NCBI GenBank assembly: GCA_040954595.2
Contig: CM082580.2
Span: 9,278,390-9,342,389, forward strand
DNA from: Balanoglossus misakiensis
Lineage: Eukaryota > Animalia > Hemichordata
DNA: 64,000 bases
Reading direction: 5' to 3'
The notes beneath the pieces were generated by a model. It was given only the letters and a program-made list of their open reading frames with translations, did no database searches and had not been told where the DNA came from. Position 1 is the first letter of the stretch. Every line of letters begins with the position of its first letter. Both the position numbers and the translations under genes were made by a program. Of this stretch, positions 1 through 13,400 are shown one piece after another.

Positions 1-3000
1 CTCTCCCAAAATGTCATGAATCGTCCAGCGTCACGTACACAGTCTGACAAAACGCCATTGCCTTTAAATTTCTGGAACTTCGCGATAATACAAGAAAACG
101 CTATACAGTTTACATAATAAGTGAATACAATTATGATGGACGATGTCGCGTTTTGTTACCAAGGCACTTACATCTGTTTTGTTAATAATTTTCCCGGTGA
201 CGTCTACAAATATGAAAACTCTAATTAACACCTGTTAACGCTATTGTAAACGCATTGTAATATGGATTGCGATGACAGGGTGGGTGGGGGAGGGTGGATT
301 GATATGGGAAGACGAGAGACACAGACCTGTTCGAGATTCCCCGCTTCTCTGTACGTACGTTTACCGTGCCTCTTCGCTAGATGTGTGTATGCCACGTTGA
401 TGAGTTGCGACGTTGAAAGGCGGCGGCGCTGGTATCGACGGCGTTATCGATGTGACATGTATACATGCGTGCGCCGAATTTTATCAACGTCTGATGTGAG
501 CACACGACGAAAGGGCGATTAATTATCGCGGAGAAGACTCTCGCGCACCCGCTGATGTTGTTGTCATGTGAACATCGCGCGGAAGATACCATCTATGAGA
601 GAGGTGTGTCAGGTATACCAGGTGGTAATGCTTTTAAATGCATTTTAGTTTATTTGTTTGATGTTCTCTCTCTCTCTCTCGAAAGATAAATGCCTACACA
701 TGTTTGGGCGCCACATATATTTTTCCCAACTGGTTGACTAAAAAAAAATAATCAACTAACCGTCCATCCATCATTTGACAGGTAAATGTTACCAATGGAA
801 TTTTTTTCCATACAGCAAACGATAGTTTATCATACTTGTACAGTGTATCCGGAAATACACAGGGGATTATAATGAAGTTGATTAAAACATTTCCTTATGT
901 CCCCTTTTGATTGATCTGCATGGCTATTTAATGTCGTGTAATTCACTAGATGGGAGGTGAAGGTCATTCAGAGAGGTCATTCTATGCCGAATCATTTCGG
1001 CTTGTTAATTCGCAGCGCAAGTATTGTCATCGCTGAATTTGAAGGTCGCAGTAAAAACTACAAGGCCTTTAATACAACATAGAGTAGAAAAGGGACTCTA
1101 TTCAGGAAACGTTTGCGGTTACAAATGCAGTTTGTGTTTGCCTCATTATTATTTCGGTTGTGATCCGGAGCTAAGTGCCGCATACTAGTATCTTTGACGT
1201 CATTGTGACAATCTCGTAGCTTTCTATCACATGAAATCTGTGTTTCATTGAATTTCCCCCCGTCTGTTTGGTTTGCGCCAGTCACGTATTTGTTAGCTAT
1301 ACCACTTTAGACTGTAAATTGTGTTGCTCTGTCGCAAAGTGGTCACGACAGGTTCATCGAATTTGTAGAAGTGACGAGTGGTTCATCGATTTTTTTAGAA
1401 AGCTTGAAAAAAGTTAATTTTGCTCTTCAGGCGCTAAAAACATTTTATCGTCACTTACTGACATGCTCACAGAAATAATGCGTATACTGCTCAGAAGCCC
1501 GAAGCATTTATAATTATGATATTGAAGTTGATAAAATTTTACGCGGTTACATGATATTACACTCAGCAGGCGGTCGTTGACATGCATTTTACTATCATTT
1601 TTCGTTGCCTTAGCAACAGCTGGCTGAGAACATCGATACCGCGTGGTGCCTGTGCAATTATCGGAATTCTGTCGGCGTGCTTGAATTGAAACCTTTCATC
1701 CTTTCGGCAAAGATGCTCTTTTACTATAGGGAAGAACAGTCAATGTTTGTCTAGACGTTGAATAGAATTGAATGAGAGGAGTCTATACGTAAAATCCAAC
1801 CCAGTCATTTTAAGACGCGTGTTCGCAAACAAGTGGCATGTCAGGTTGAGCAGCTGCGACCTTTGACCCTGGTAAATGGTATAGCTGGAAAATTACAGGG
1901 TACTTCGCCTGATTCGATCAAAACGGCACGTGAAGACATCAAAGTTAAGTCCTTGTGCCAAATAAGTATACATGTACAAAAACGGTTTGATAGTTAGAGT
2001 AAAAAAGAGAAAGTAAGGGGCTTGGACAAAAGTTGAAAAATGGTCGTCGTGTGATTGTCGTCTGTCAGGAAACCATACCAGTGATTGACCGACGAAACAT
2101 TTCAAAAGCCTGTGGTGTTCAAGTTCAGAGGGTTAAAGAGCAAACCTGGATGAATATTTCAATAATGACTACCCCGTCCAGGTATTGGACTGTGAAGACC
2201 CCCCCCCCCCCCCACCTCACGTCGCCTGATTAATTGCCTCCAACAAGTGGTTCTTAGTGCTGGTTCAGCAGTCGCCATTTCAGTAATTGTTGGAATATTT
2301 TCCGGTCCGCGTCCCTTACTTGACAACCTGTCCGGTAACTATGACAAATCGACCCTGTTTCTGAGGCCCACTCGACGCCTGGAGTATCGCGTTCCCGACC
2401 GACAACAGCCTGGTGTGTTTATGGTGCACTCGAACCAGTTCACGCCGCGGATAATTTTACATATCGTGCCTATACGTGTGTACAGCGGAGCTTTTAGTCG
2501 GCTTTTGCAGCCGAAGTTACTGGGTTATCCGGCCAGACAATCAGTGGATCAACGCAAAGTAGCGCGCCTTTGGGTAGGGGCTATTGAACGCAAAGACTGT
2601 TTCCATGCACTCAATCATTGTATATGTATACAAAGTCAAATAGCTCTGGTAGACCCTTGCTAATCATTTATAAAACCACTTTCTTGCTATTTCGCGGTTG
2701 CTGCTACACAAGTAAATCTAATAATGAGGCACAATGTGCCAAATATTGAGTGTATTTTTTTCGAGTTATGAAAATGTTGAGATCGGCTTTGGCTGTCGGA
2801 AATCTTCCTATATAACGTCTGTGATGGCCTTCTATTCACGCGGTATAATCGACCAAGGCATTTTTCTTTTCTGAAGTCCCGACCAATAATCTGATACAAT
2901 TCAAACATAAAGATCGTGGTTTTACCTTACGTGCCGATACTGTATCAAATGCAACAAATCCACGGCGTGCATGGCAGCATAGTTATAGGAACTCTGGAAT

Positions 3001-6000
3001 CACACCGTCCGATGGACTCGATCGCGGCCTGTTTGAAGCTCGCTGTGTCTCGCGTCGGCACTGTCCAAATAATATGTTGCCGTGCTGTTAGAGAACTTAA
3101 GTCTTACGTTTCACAATGCATATTGAAAAAGGGGCATTAGTATCGCTGACATGCGCTGACTTTGGCTTCATGCGACCAATCGCAGTACACGTAATGCACT
3201 GGCAAGCATGAAATAGCAAACAGAACGCGGCTTGCTATTTTGCTGCAAGCGATTTATAATTATACGGCTGGCAGAACAGCGTTACACGTTTGTTTTGTAT
3301 AGTAATACTTGTTTCCCAATCACTCTGGTCCCATCACAACCCCCCCCCCCCCACCCATGCCGGAATAGACGACAAACAAATAGAAAGCAGGGTAATAGTA
3401 GCGGCAAGAGTATCCCGCTATTCATTAAAAGACGGTAAAACGCCGAATGGTCGCCCGAAGAAGGCGATATATGTTGAACCACAGGGTTGAACCAGACCGC
3501 GGGACACAACAAAGGTAGCGACTTTTTTGTATGTTTATGTTCAGGGCGTCGGCCAGTTAACTATACGTGGACAATGATGCAGACAAGAAACGAAAAGGGT
3601 ACACTATAATATAACTGGGTGTTTACATGCTAGGACAAGACGTGTTCAGAATGTCCGTGCATCTACTAAATGTTGCTGTTACCTTTAAATGAAAAGACTG
3701 TTGCCTTGCAGCTGGGTTTTAAGACGTCGATTAAAGCGAATAAATCCGTGGAGTCAAAAGCTGCAAACTTCGTGCCAAGTACCCTCCCGTGGTCACAAAC
3801 CCATGTTTGCAGTTTGGTTTGTCTTACCTCCAAGCTATTACGATCCACGTTAGGCCGCTAACACACTGAATTAGCATAGCATTAAACGTTGACACTATAG
3901 AAGTGATGCTGTTCACGCGTGTATATGTTTTCTCGTATTTACCCCTCTACCCTGTACCGAAGAAGTCACGGCCGTCGAAAATACCTGTCTTCCAGGCTTA
4001 GTGATAATCTCCCCAGACAATTGTCAGATATTATTGTCTACACACGTCGGGAACAGACTCGCACGCCGCGGAAATGTTAGAAATTTGGCCATCCTTGAAC
4101 CACGGACGCAGTGCCTCCGGCCTTGCTGTGCCAAATCGACACAACAGGGTCCGGCATGCATGCGTCAACGTCTCGATTCTCATGAATTGTTGTCATCATC
4201 ATTGAAGGTAAAAAAGGCAGACTTTGTGATGTTGTTCAGGGACACTGCGTACCTGAGTGGGCACAACAACATACGGTCTATCCTGTTCAAAAATTTAGAG
4301 TATGTGTGTTTTGCCGATACATGCATGGTTGTCTTTAAACGATGGGAAAGTTGGGGATCTCAGCCACCCAAAGACAGACAGACAGACCAGGACACTGCGA
4401 GTTCTGGTTCGAAAACCGCAAGTTCCTGTTGTCTGGGCTGGGCCATGTCGGATAATATCAAACTGACTTATTTTAAGTGGGGCTTTAAGTGGACCAAATT
4501 GTATAACGAGAAAAGTAAAGATTACCTGTTGCTAGCTTAGAGCTTAGACCATTTGTCACCGTTACCTAATCTGTAAACATGACATCGAGTGAATGTGAAA
4601 TGTTGAATAGATCCGTAAATGCCGGCCAATTCTCCCCCGGCCTTGATGTTGCTGCCGTTGCCAGAAATCGTGCACGTTCGGTGTTTGACAGTCCTGAGCG
4701 ATTTAACTTACCTCGCGACGGTTATGACGGAGAATTATGATGTTTTAGGCGGATCTGACGTGGATTTTTGGTACGGCTAAATTTCCTAGCCGCGAGCAAA
4801 CAGCCGTCGGGAGATTGATGTGTGCATACTTCGCCGATGTCAAGTCAACGACGACAGGAACGACTTTGTGCGAGGGGAGTGTGTCGAGTGAACTAATAAC
4901 AACGGGATCATTGTCTGGTGCATTGTTGCCGAATCATGAGATCACAGCAAACATCCAATGTCAATTTTGACCCAATTGACTCCGACTTTATATTCTCAGC
5001 GATAACGCTGTTAATAGCAACATAAACACCCCTCCAGAGACCAATTGGAAAGATACTATCGCCATGGCAACCAATAAATATCACTCCGCAAAATTCTGGC
5101 GCAGTGGATGGAGACGTTTCGCCGTATAGCCGATCGATTTAAGTCGAGTTTGCACTCATCAAGAACAACTTAGCCGGCGTGCGTCCGGTCTATAAAATGC
5201 CCCGGGGTCTTAGAAGCGGAGTAATTTCAAGGCGATGATGCATCGACGCAGGAACTTGAAAGATATCTTTAATGGAGACGATCTGGTCGTTGTGAGTTGA
5301 TTGTCCCAGAGTGCTTTATCGCCGTGGGCTCTCTTTCGCGATCTCTCCGTGACAGACTCGACTAACACTCGTCAATAAATTACCACTGAGCTCGGGTCGA
5401 AAAACTCGACAAGCGGCGTTACCGGGATACACTGGACGAGATGGACGTCAACGCACACGAAGGGAGACATCAGTACCACGGCCATGTCAGTTAGGTTCAC
5501 TCCGCGTTTACGCATTCGATCCGTTTTTTCATTTTCATTTGTTCATCTTATAAAGGCCTATAATAATTTATAGAACGCTTACCTCAAACCAAGCATTTCA
5601 CAATGCAGTCAATTACCAATCCGAACCGATTCAAGGCTTAGACTGCGACCGCAAATGCCTACCCGACGCGTTGATTGATATAGCTACAGGCGTTAGAACT
5701 GATATAGCTGTACAGCGGTAATATCGCGGTACCATAATTTCGACGTCAACAAGTGTTCTGAGGCGTGTTTAACCACGAACAACAGGACTTAACAGTAGAT
5801 TATTGTAACTGGAAATGCTACTCCGGCGACGGGCGGATGACCATTGTGGGTTGCCCGGTGCTGGAGAACATCTCAGAAGTATGTCGGGTCCACGTGATTG
5901 ACTGGGTCCCGCAACTTGAAAATTGGCGGCCGTAAATGATGCAAGTCAAAAGTGCCGTTATGCGGTTGTTTCTTGGTGATAACAGTCCGTGTACAAGGCC

Positions 6001-6302
6001 GTAATTATTTTTGTAAACAATCGTTGTTTACTCGTTCAAATTGTTTATTAAAGAACTGTTATATGTACAATCATGGCCTCATCCGGAGCCGAATGTAAAT
6101 ACAATGTAGCATGATTGAACATTGTATATTTCGCTGATCATCTAAAGTCTCTATAGAATATAACTGCAATTCGGGAAATTGAAGTTAAGGAATATAAACA
6201 GGACAATGGACTCGCTCCGAAACAAATACAATTTATTATTGTTATATGTAGGTACACCAACCATGGAATCTTGTCCCGTAAGATCAGTGTTATCCTATGC
6301 GC

Positions 6303-6472
6303 GCTGGGGACTTCCTTGAAAGTGGGAACTTTGCGTGCCTCGCAACCACCTGTTGATCTGAACCCATTATTGACGCGCGCTGACGCTAACCTTTTACGCT
6401 AACGATGCCACTCTGCGTGGTAACGCCCAAAGCTCTGGTCTCTCAATCGCGCAAACTTAAAAAAGTCCCAGC
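6303..6472. mobile_element. Possible small MITE-like element
   Basis: Imperfect inverted ends gctggggactt...tttgcgtg / cgcgcaaactt...aagtcccagc lie about 170 bp apart. Confidence 0.3.
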
Positions 6473-9400
6473 AACTGTCAAGTTTCACGTACTTTTGTTC
6501 CTGTAAATTGGCAGACAACATTTCGATTATCGGCCACCGCCCTTGAGATGTTTTTTTTGTTTTTATTCGTGCGTCAAAGTCAGACGATGTTTTCGTATTT
6601 TGCCTCGTTTATGTTTCGCTTTAGAACTCTGTTTACCGCGGAATAAGTTGCAAGTCCGACATTAACCGACAATCCTTCATTGAGAATGTTTCAAATGGGT
6701 GCCAGGATGTTTGTGGTATTTCAGATTACAGGGTAGTTCGTTTTTTAATTATCTCCAGTGCAATTATTTGATAGGGAAAACAACATAAAATCTCGCAGAG
6801 CAAACACCTTGTATATAGTTATCCGTTTATATTGTGAAAGGAAAATACACACTCTTGGTTTAACAACGCTAACGTGACGTCATCCGCGAACTTTGCCCCA
6901 CAGTGTAGTCGATTTGATAGCATGGTCGTACAAAAGCTCGATGTTGTAGGGGCACCGACCCTTTGGTTGTTGGTTAATGGCCTGCATGTCCCGGATAGTT
7001 TGCGCCGTCCCCTAACTCCCCCAACGCATTTTGGATCGGTATCTCATCGAAAATCCGAACAGCGTTTATTTACGACAGATCAATTGACCTAACATTCACT
7101 GATTGTCGTTCGGTGTACATGCATTACGGCGACGCTTGGATACCGTGCAATGAATCGATGGTTGTCACGGGCGCAGGTCACGATTATGTCACCGCGTCTT
7201 CGTGTCATTACTTTGGTTTGAAAATCCGCGCGTTCGTAGCCCCGGTGACTATACAACAGTCACGTTACTATACGGCGCTACAATGGAAGGGACATGCTTG
7301 CGCAGTTTTATGTCAGACTTGCTGTGGGCAAGCAGTGATTATCCGTCAAGGATGACGGAAGTAGTAAATTGGTGGTGAGGACATACACCCCTCCAACACT
7401 CTCCACATATTGGTCACTGTCAGGCGCTTCATACTCATCGGAAATGTACATGTACCATTTGGAATGGAACTCCATACTTTAACACGACGACAACAGTGGC
7501 TATCGGAAAACAGAAGTGATTTAAAAATAATTTCTCTAGTCGATATGTTACCCTTTGCTATTACTTTGCCCCTATGGCAGGGCAGGCTCGATATCAGTAA
7601 ATTTACGCTCACCAAATTCAAGCAGGTTTACATGAAATTGAGATAGAGATACGCAAGACTATGTTGCGAACGACTTTATTTTTATTCATCGATTTCTACC
7701 AAGTCTATAGTAAACAGAATAACATTATAAGTAGCCAGGAGACAAAAGTCGACAACATTACATGTACTTCAGTTTATTATTCATGTTTGAAACAAAATTA
7801 TCGTCATCGCCACTTTATTGAGACATGGCACCAACTGTGATGCGCTTAGAGAGATCTCAGTGTTGACGGCCGTCGTCACCTTGACAACAGGGAGCGTGTA
7901 ATCAGCAGACCTATGAATCGAGGTCAGAATTCAGGAACGTCGAACAGGAGCCCACGAAAACAGCACGTCTCGGGGCGCCGCTCGTATTCACCAAAGCGGA
8001 TATGACAATGGGTTTGGGCGTTCTTTAGAAATGCATGATTTCACGAAAAGGATGTGTATACACGAAAAAGCGCGCACGATAAAGAGTTCAGGGTGGAACC
8101 TTGGAAATTGTCCTTAACATTGAATGATAAATAGTGGTCTGAACTCTTCGTGGCATACTTAAAAAAACTTGTTTACCCAGAGTTGCAAAAAGAGAATCTT
8201 CAAATTAGTGACTTAGGGAATATTTTGTTGTCAATTTATGTTGTACACAGTAAACACTTCTGATCATTTCCCCACTTGAAAAATATACATATACATATAC
8301 AGAAGATATTCGAATCCGATATGTTTCTGTCTCTGTGGCGAAACGTCTTGCACAGAGTAAAAGAGCTGGAGATGACAGCTTCATGAAAATCTATATCATA
8401 GTTATGCTTTCGGTTTCTTAGTTGATCTACGGGCATCGGCTCTCGTGTTCAGAAAGAAATGCCTTCCCATGTTGGCGACATTTCCCCCTTCAACCACGGT
8501 TACCGTGTCTTCTATTACGCCGTGTAGTGAGCGATTGATAAAATATAAGTAGAACCAAAGCACAGATATGTGATTCCACTCACGAAGGAAGTCATGCGTG
8601 ACACGGCACGCCTATCAAACCGTTGTTCCCGTTGTCCATCCCTTTGTGTGTGCCCCTCGACACTACCCGAAGTGCTTACTGCAATACTGGGGCGTCTAAT
8701 AACTGACCCTGTTTCATTCTGTGATTTTGCTTATTCAGCGCCCTTTACCGTGGACTATTAGCGTGACTGCTAAAGTACGTGTAGCATATTCTTCTCGGTT
8801 TTCTTTGGAGTGGTCCCACTTCACCCCCAAACAATCAATTGTAGTGTTGTACTTGTGGCCGAAGAGGACAACGAAATAATCACAGCACTCCCTCGGCTGC
8901 TTGTTCGTTCGGCTTCTAACAACCACACGTACAAAGGTCCCGCTCTCTGACAACGGCGCTAGTGTTTTGGATCTCTGTTCATGGGGGTGACACATAGCGT
9001 GGCCCTGTTTCCAACGGAGCACAATGCCCGGGATCATGGCTTGGCAAAGGATGTGGTAATAAGCATTGATTATGTTTAATTAGACGTGAAAAAAGAGCAG
9101 AAAAAAACACGGCGAAAGGAGCGAGGCGGATTCCTTGGTGTTAAGATGAAGTCTTACAGACTGACATGCCTGTACAATGGTTGGAGTCTTGCAATATGGA
9201 TCCCCTAACAAAGATATACATGTACCTAATCTGTTCGCGTACTACATCCACCTATAAGCGGTGGATCTTTGAGTATGCCATTGATTGCAGATTTTAAACT
9301 TGTGGCAATACATACATGTACAGCTGAAAGGGATAGTGCCGTGTACCAGTTGCCTAATATACGTAATCAGTATTAAGCTTTCACAGAAAACTATAAATCC

Positions 9401-10351
9401 CTTTAAGTTGGCTGTGGTCTTTAACTACAACTGTCAATCGGTACTTACCTCGGCCTTTGTCGTGCGGACTTACGCTCGATTTTCAGCGAGACGAGCGTTC
9501 ACAGAAGACAGCGGGTGAACAGCGGATCATTTCGTACGGAAACTTACTACATCGGACCCTTTTTCCCCTCGGCCTTGAAGATGATGATGATGCCGAACCG
9601 CTTCCGCAAGATCCGCGGAGGCACACTCTTGTTGTCCTCCCGGCCTGACTCAGACGGAAAAAACACACCACACACTCAGCAACGTTTCATACGACGGCCG
9701 GCATCCAACACAAACTATTGCGTCTGAGCAGACTCACACCACCACCGCAATTATTTCTTTCGTTTTAATCCCCACCTCTGTGTCTGTTCACTGAGCGCAA
9801 CGTTAACTGTCATGCAAATGGCTTCATTATTGTTGTCGTATACTTTATGATCTCCGGGAACAAAGCGGCGGCAAACAATAACAGTCACTCATTGTTGGCC
9901 GGCCTATATATGAAGTTTGAACAGTTAGTCTAAAGAGAAGTCTACTAAAGGGCGCTGTCACTGTCTACATGTACATTGGAACTAACAAAGTACCAATGTC
10001 CGCGCATTCTCCCGTTTACACAAATGTGTGTGTTGTTCTCGCGTGAAAACAAAACCCTGCTTCGCACGCATGTCGCCCCCTACTCCAACTACGTGTCGTC
10101 AGCTTCGCGATTTTCTCTCACACATATCAATTAAGCAAGGAGTGGGTAAAGAAAGAAAGGAAAAATCTTTGGGGTTGAGTGGTTCAGAAACGGTCCCTCC
10201 CAGCCACGGTTCAGAAGATAATGTAGTACGCAAAGAAAGTGTTCCTCATTATTCTCCGCCACCGGACAGAAATTTATGATAACTGATAACGATAGGTCTA
10301 TGGTCAAAGAAAAGCTATCCCGTGCCATTCTCAAGCGCAAAAAAATGTAAG

Positions 10352-10424
10352 TGGCTCCGCTGAGGGTCGAACTCAGGGCCTTCTGCGTGTAAAGCAGACG
10401 TGATAACCGCTACACCACGGAACC
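10352..10424 (-). tRNA. trnV-TAC: tRNA-Val (anticodon TAC)
   Basis: The reverse complement reads GGTTCCGTGGTGTAGCGGTTATCACGTCTGCTTTACACGCAGAAGGCCCTGAGTTCGACCCTCAGCGGAGCCA (73 nt). It has a 7-bp acceptor stem GGTTCCG/CGGAGCC, anticodon arm TCTGC-TT-TAC-AC-GCAGA and T-arm CTGAG-TTCGACC-CTCAG. A T7 Pol III terminator lies a few nt downstream (plus-strand A run at about 10339-10345). Confidence 0.96.
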
Positions 10425-11150
10425 GTATATGTTGAGCTGATTTTTTTTCTCTCGTCAGATTATTAAACGGCAACTGTGCAACCTGACCTGAATCCACCAC
10501 GGGGCAAGCATTAAAAACTCCTTGATATAGTTTTGAAACAACTAAACTGTTTGGTATAAAAGGAGTACCAGCTTTGACGCATGCGCGTACTTTGAACCCA
10601 TCAAGTTACAACGCTTTTCACAAGTTTTCCCGTTCTGTTGACAATTGAACCCGAGAGGCTTACCGCATATTCATAGCATAATCATGATATTCCTACGATG
10701 GTGTACTTTTTTTTAGTTTCTATGACATTCTATGAGATGTTGTCATGTACGCGAACCCCAATGTTCACATGCAGACGGGAAGTACCCGGATGAACTATCG
10801 AGCTCTCAGTGTCATAGCCTTTGTATGGTTTTGCTACGCTAGGGCGCCACCAATTAGCCATACAGTGCCGCCTTTCGTTGTTTAATTAACCACATTTTAT
10901 TCACTCAGTGCGTCTGTCACAGTGATGGAAAAAACTGAAATTCATGACTCATGGGAATTCATAGTATATGCAAATATTCAATAGGCAAGTTTGTACAGGT
11001 ATATTGCAGTAATCAACACTGCAGACAAAAGGATTCTATTTGAGATGAGGACACATTGACACAGAAATGTTGACGAATATGAAAAAGGTGAAATTTGTTG
11101 CTTTGACAGTGTATATACAATTGGTTCCATTCTCACTGGCAAAGTACGTG

Positions 11151-11969
11151 TCAGGAAATTACGGCTTTCTTCTGCAGCAACCAACAGAATTGATTGTGTA
11201 TGTCCTTTAACTGCAAATCAAACCAATATATGATAGTTTGTGAGACGCATACAAGATACTACTAAAGGTGGAGAAATCTGACCGCAATAATATTGCATTT
11301 ACGTTTTCATGTGTTTTCGGGCTCGTTTATTTCTGTAATATAGGGATACAATCTTATTTACCTCTTATTTAACTTGTCCATATGTGTCATCCGACGGCAA
11401 TACTTACAGTGTATGCCAGATGTTTATTATAACAATGATGATGATTATATTTCTGCGCATACGCACAGTCTTACCTTGATATATGTCTGCAAAGCTCGAC
11501 TGCTTACAATTGTACACCCAACAGGAGTATCGGCCTTGTCCTTCATTGAGCGAAATGCAGTTTGGAAGAGACTCTTATACTGGGCTGGAGACCGGTACAT
11601 TGTGGGATTCTCAGTATTATGAATGTCACCTGATTTTGAAAAAGAAATATAATAGCAATCATTTTTCTGAAAAATCTGTCCCCGATGTGCGTACTACCTT
11701 ACATAAAAGAGCCTGGACGAATCTTCAGATCACGTGCACGGTTTACTCACCTCCCGGATGGAAGCAAGATTCCCTGAAAAATATATAGCCGTCCTCTTCC
11801 AACCATGTTAGAGCATTTCGAAACAGCTTCACGACCTCTTCGTCCGCCAAATACATCATCAACCAATTTGAGAATACAATGTTGTAACTGGATATAAGTG
11901 AGAGGGGGGGGGGGAGGGTTGGTCATTATCCGTTGCACGTGAAAGGGGAAACACACGAACCGAACCAAT

Positions 11970-12016
<47 letters not shown>

Positions 12017-13205
12017 GGCATAAAAATGCTATATTATGACTTGGTGGAACATCATTCTGTTGGTAGAGGTACGAGGCACAAGGGTCTCTTGCCTGTTCGG
12101 AGGAAACTCAAGCTGCGTGGCGTCTGCTTGGAGGCATTGCACATTCTTCAGGTGGCCGTTGTATTGTCTGTTCTGCTCAACGAACGACTGAATGAAATCC
12201 ACTGCTGTGACGTGTCCAGCATTTTGAGCCAGGAGTCTCGTGTGGCGTCTGTGGAGAGAGAAATGGTCAGTGATCGCGGGAAACAGCAGATATGATGAGG
12301 CTCCTTGTATTTCGTCACGTATACGCGCCAAAATCATCGAAATTTGAAATCTAGAGTATATGTAAATTCCAGCTTATGAACAATGATATACTATACCAAT
12401 GTCTGACTCAACAATTTGCACTATACCGAGCATGGTAGCAACTGTTTATGGACAACTTTAGAAATTGCGGTTGCAAACCTGTGTGTACTGAAATAGATTA
12501 GCACCATTGTCTTGTAACAAGTCACATAGGCCTAGATTATACGTGTATTGAATATAAACGTGCGTGACGGTTTTTATTTATCGATGACAACCATCTGTAT
12601 ACCAAGAATAACACACCATCAACATAACTGCCCAATATAATTACCAAATAATGTATTGTAGTTGTAAGGGTCATTTAGCATTGAAGTTGCCGAATAACTG
12701 TTGTAATTTGCGAAATTTAGAGGCGACGTAAGAACACAAACTGTATGTCCGCTGAACTCATATGTAAAAGTCAGACACCAGTTATAGCGTGTTTTGTTTC
12801 TTCTGAACTCTGCAAATATTTGTGATGATGCTGTATTTCACTTTTCGATGACACTCACCCAATACCGGCCCCCAGTTCCAGTATCCTCTTGCCTGTTAAG
12901 TCTGGAAGCACGGACAAAATCTCCTGGCTTTCCATTTCGGTCAGTACTGCCGCCTCTGTGTCAAGCATCATCGATTCCAATGACGGCGAACTCGAGTGGC
13001 CGGCCCAGAAGTCCTTCATGATCTCGCGAATACCGGTGTTCCCTGCGGAAAGTTGAATAACACACGCGCGCTTGACCAAAATCTATGCATATGCAATCTA
13101 AAACGCCACTTGTCAAATCAGCAACGTCCTGATAACTTCATGCTTTAAAACAAATAAGTTCTAATTACCTGTTGAGCCACCTCCTCCAACCGCCGTGTCT
13201 GCCAT
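11151..13205 (-). CDS. PMT: Phosphoethanolamine N-methyltransferase-like SAM methyltransferase, N-terminal-domain-only form, 6 coding exons, 242 aa
   Basis: Exons (minus): 13205-13169, 13042-12859, 12248-12093, 11887-11751, 11629-11475 and 11210-11151, totalling 729 nt with phases closing. The translation contains PEAMT MT1 hallmarks: [15 protein letters not shown] motif [66 protein letters not shown] and NQFCWLLQK. It ends at TGA 11153-11151. AATAAA lies at 10901-10896. Confidence 0.88.
11970..12016. repeat. (AATC)n microsatellite in PMT intron 3
   Basis: About 11-12 perfect AATC units are directly visible. Confidence 0.95.
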
Positions 13206-13238
13206 GGTATTCATTAGATGAAGTCGTCCATTCAAGTC

Positions 13239-13246
13239 CTTATAAA
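13239..13246 (-). promoter_or_regulatory. Candidate TATA box of the PMT-like gene
   Basis: Minus-strand TTTATAAG lies about 35 nt upstream of the ATG at 13205. Support is position only. Confidence 0.35.
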
Positions 13247-13284
13247 ATGCGAACCTGCGCGGAGTCATAATTAAATAAAACGTA

Positions 13285-13400
13285 CCCCGGAGATACGCCC
13301 ATAGCGAGGTGTACAGATAATGTCCCTCCCGGATGCATAGGTTAACATTTTGAACTCTGGCCGCACGCCGCCGTATGGAAATAGTGAGAGTACCCCCCGG
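13285..13400. mobile_element. Short MITE-like element (CCCCGG...GAGTACCCCCCGG type)
   Basis: It begins ccccggagatac and ends gccgcacgccgccgtatggaaatagtgagagtaccccccgg. The termini resemble those of the element at 61831-62113. Confidence 0.45.

Noticed and set aside
4001-4540. 179-aa plus-strand ORF
   Set aside because: It has a non-ATG start and no recognisable domain or exon-like boundaries.
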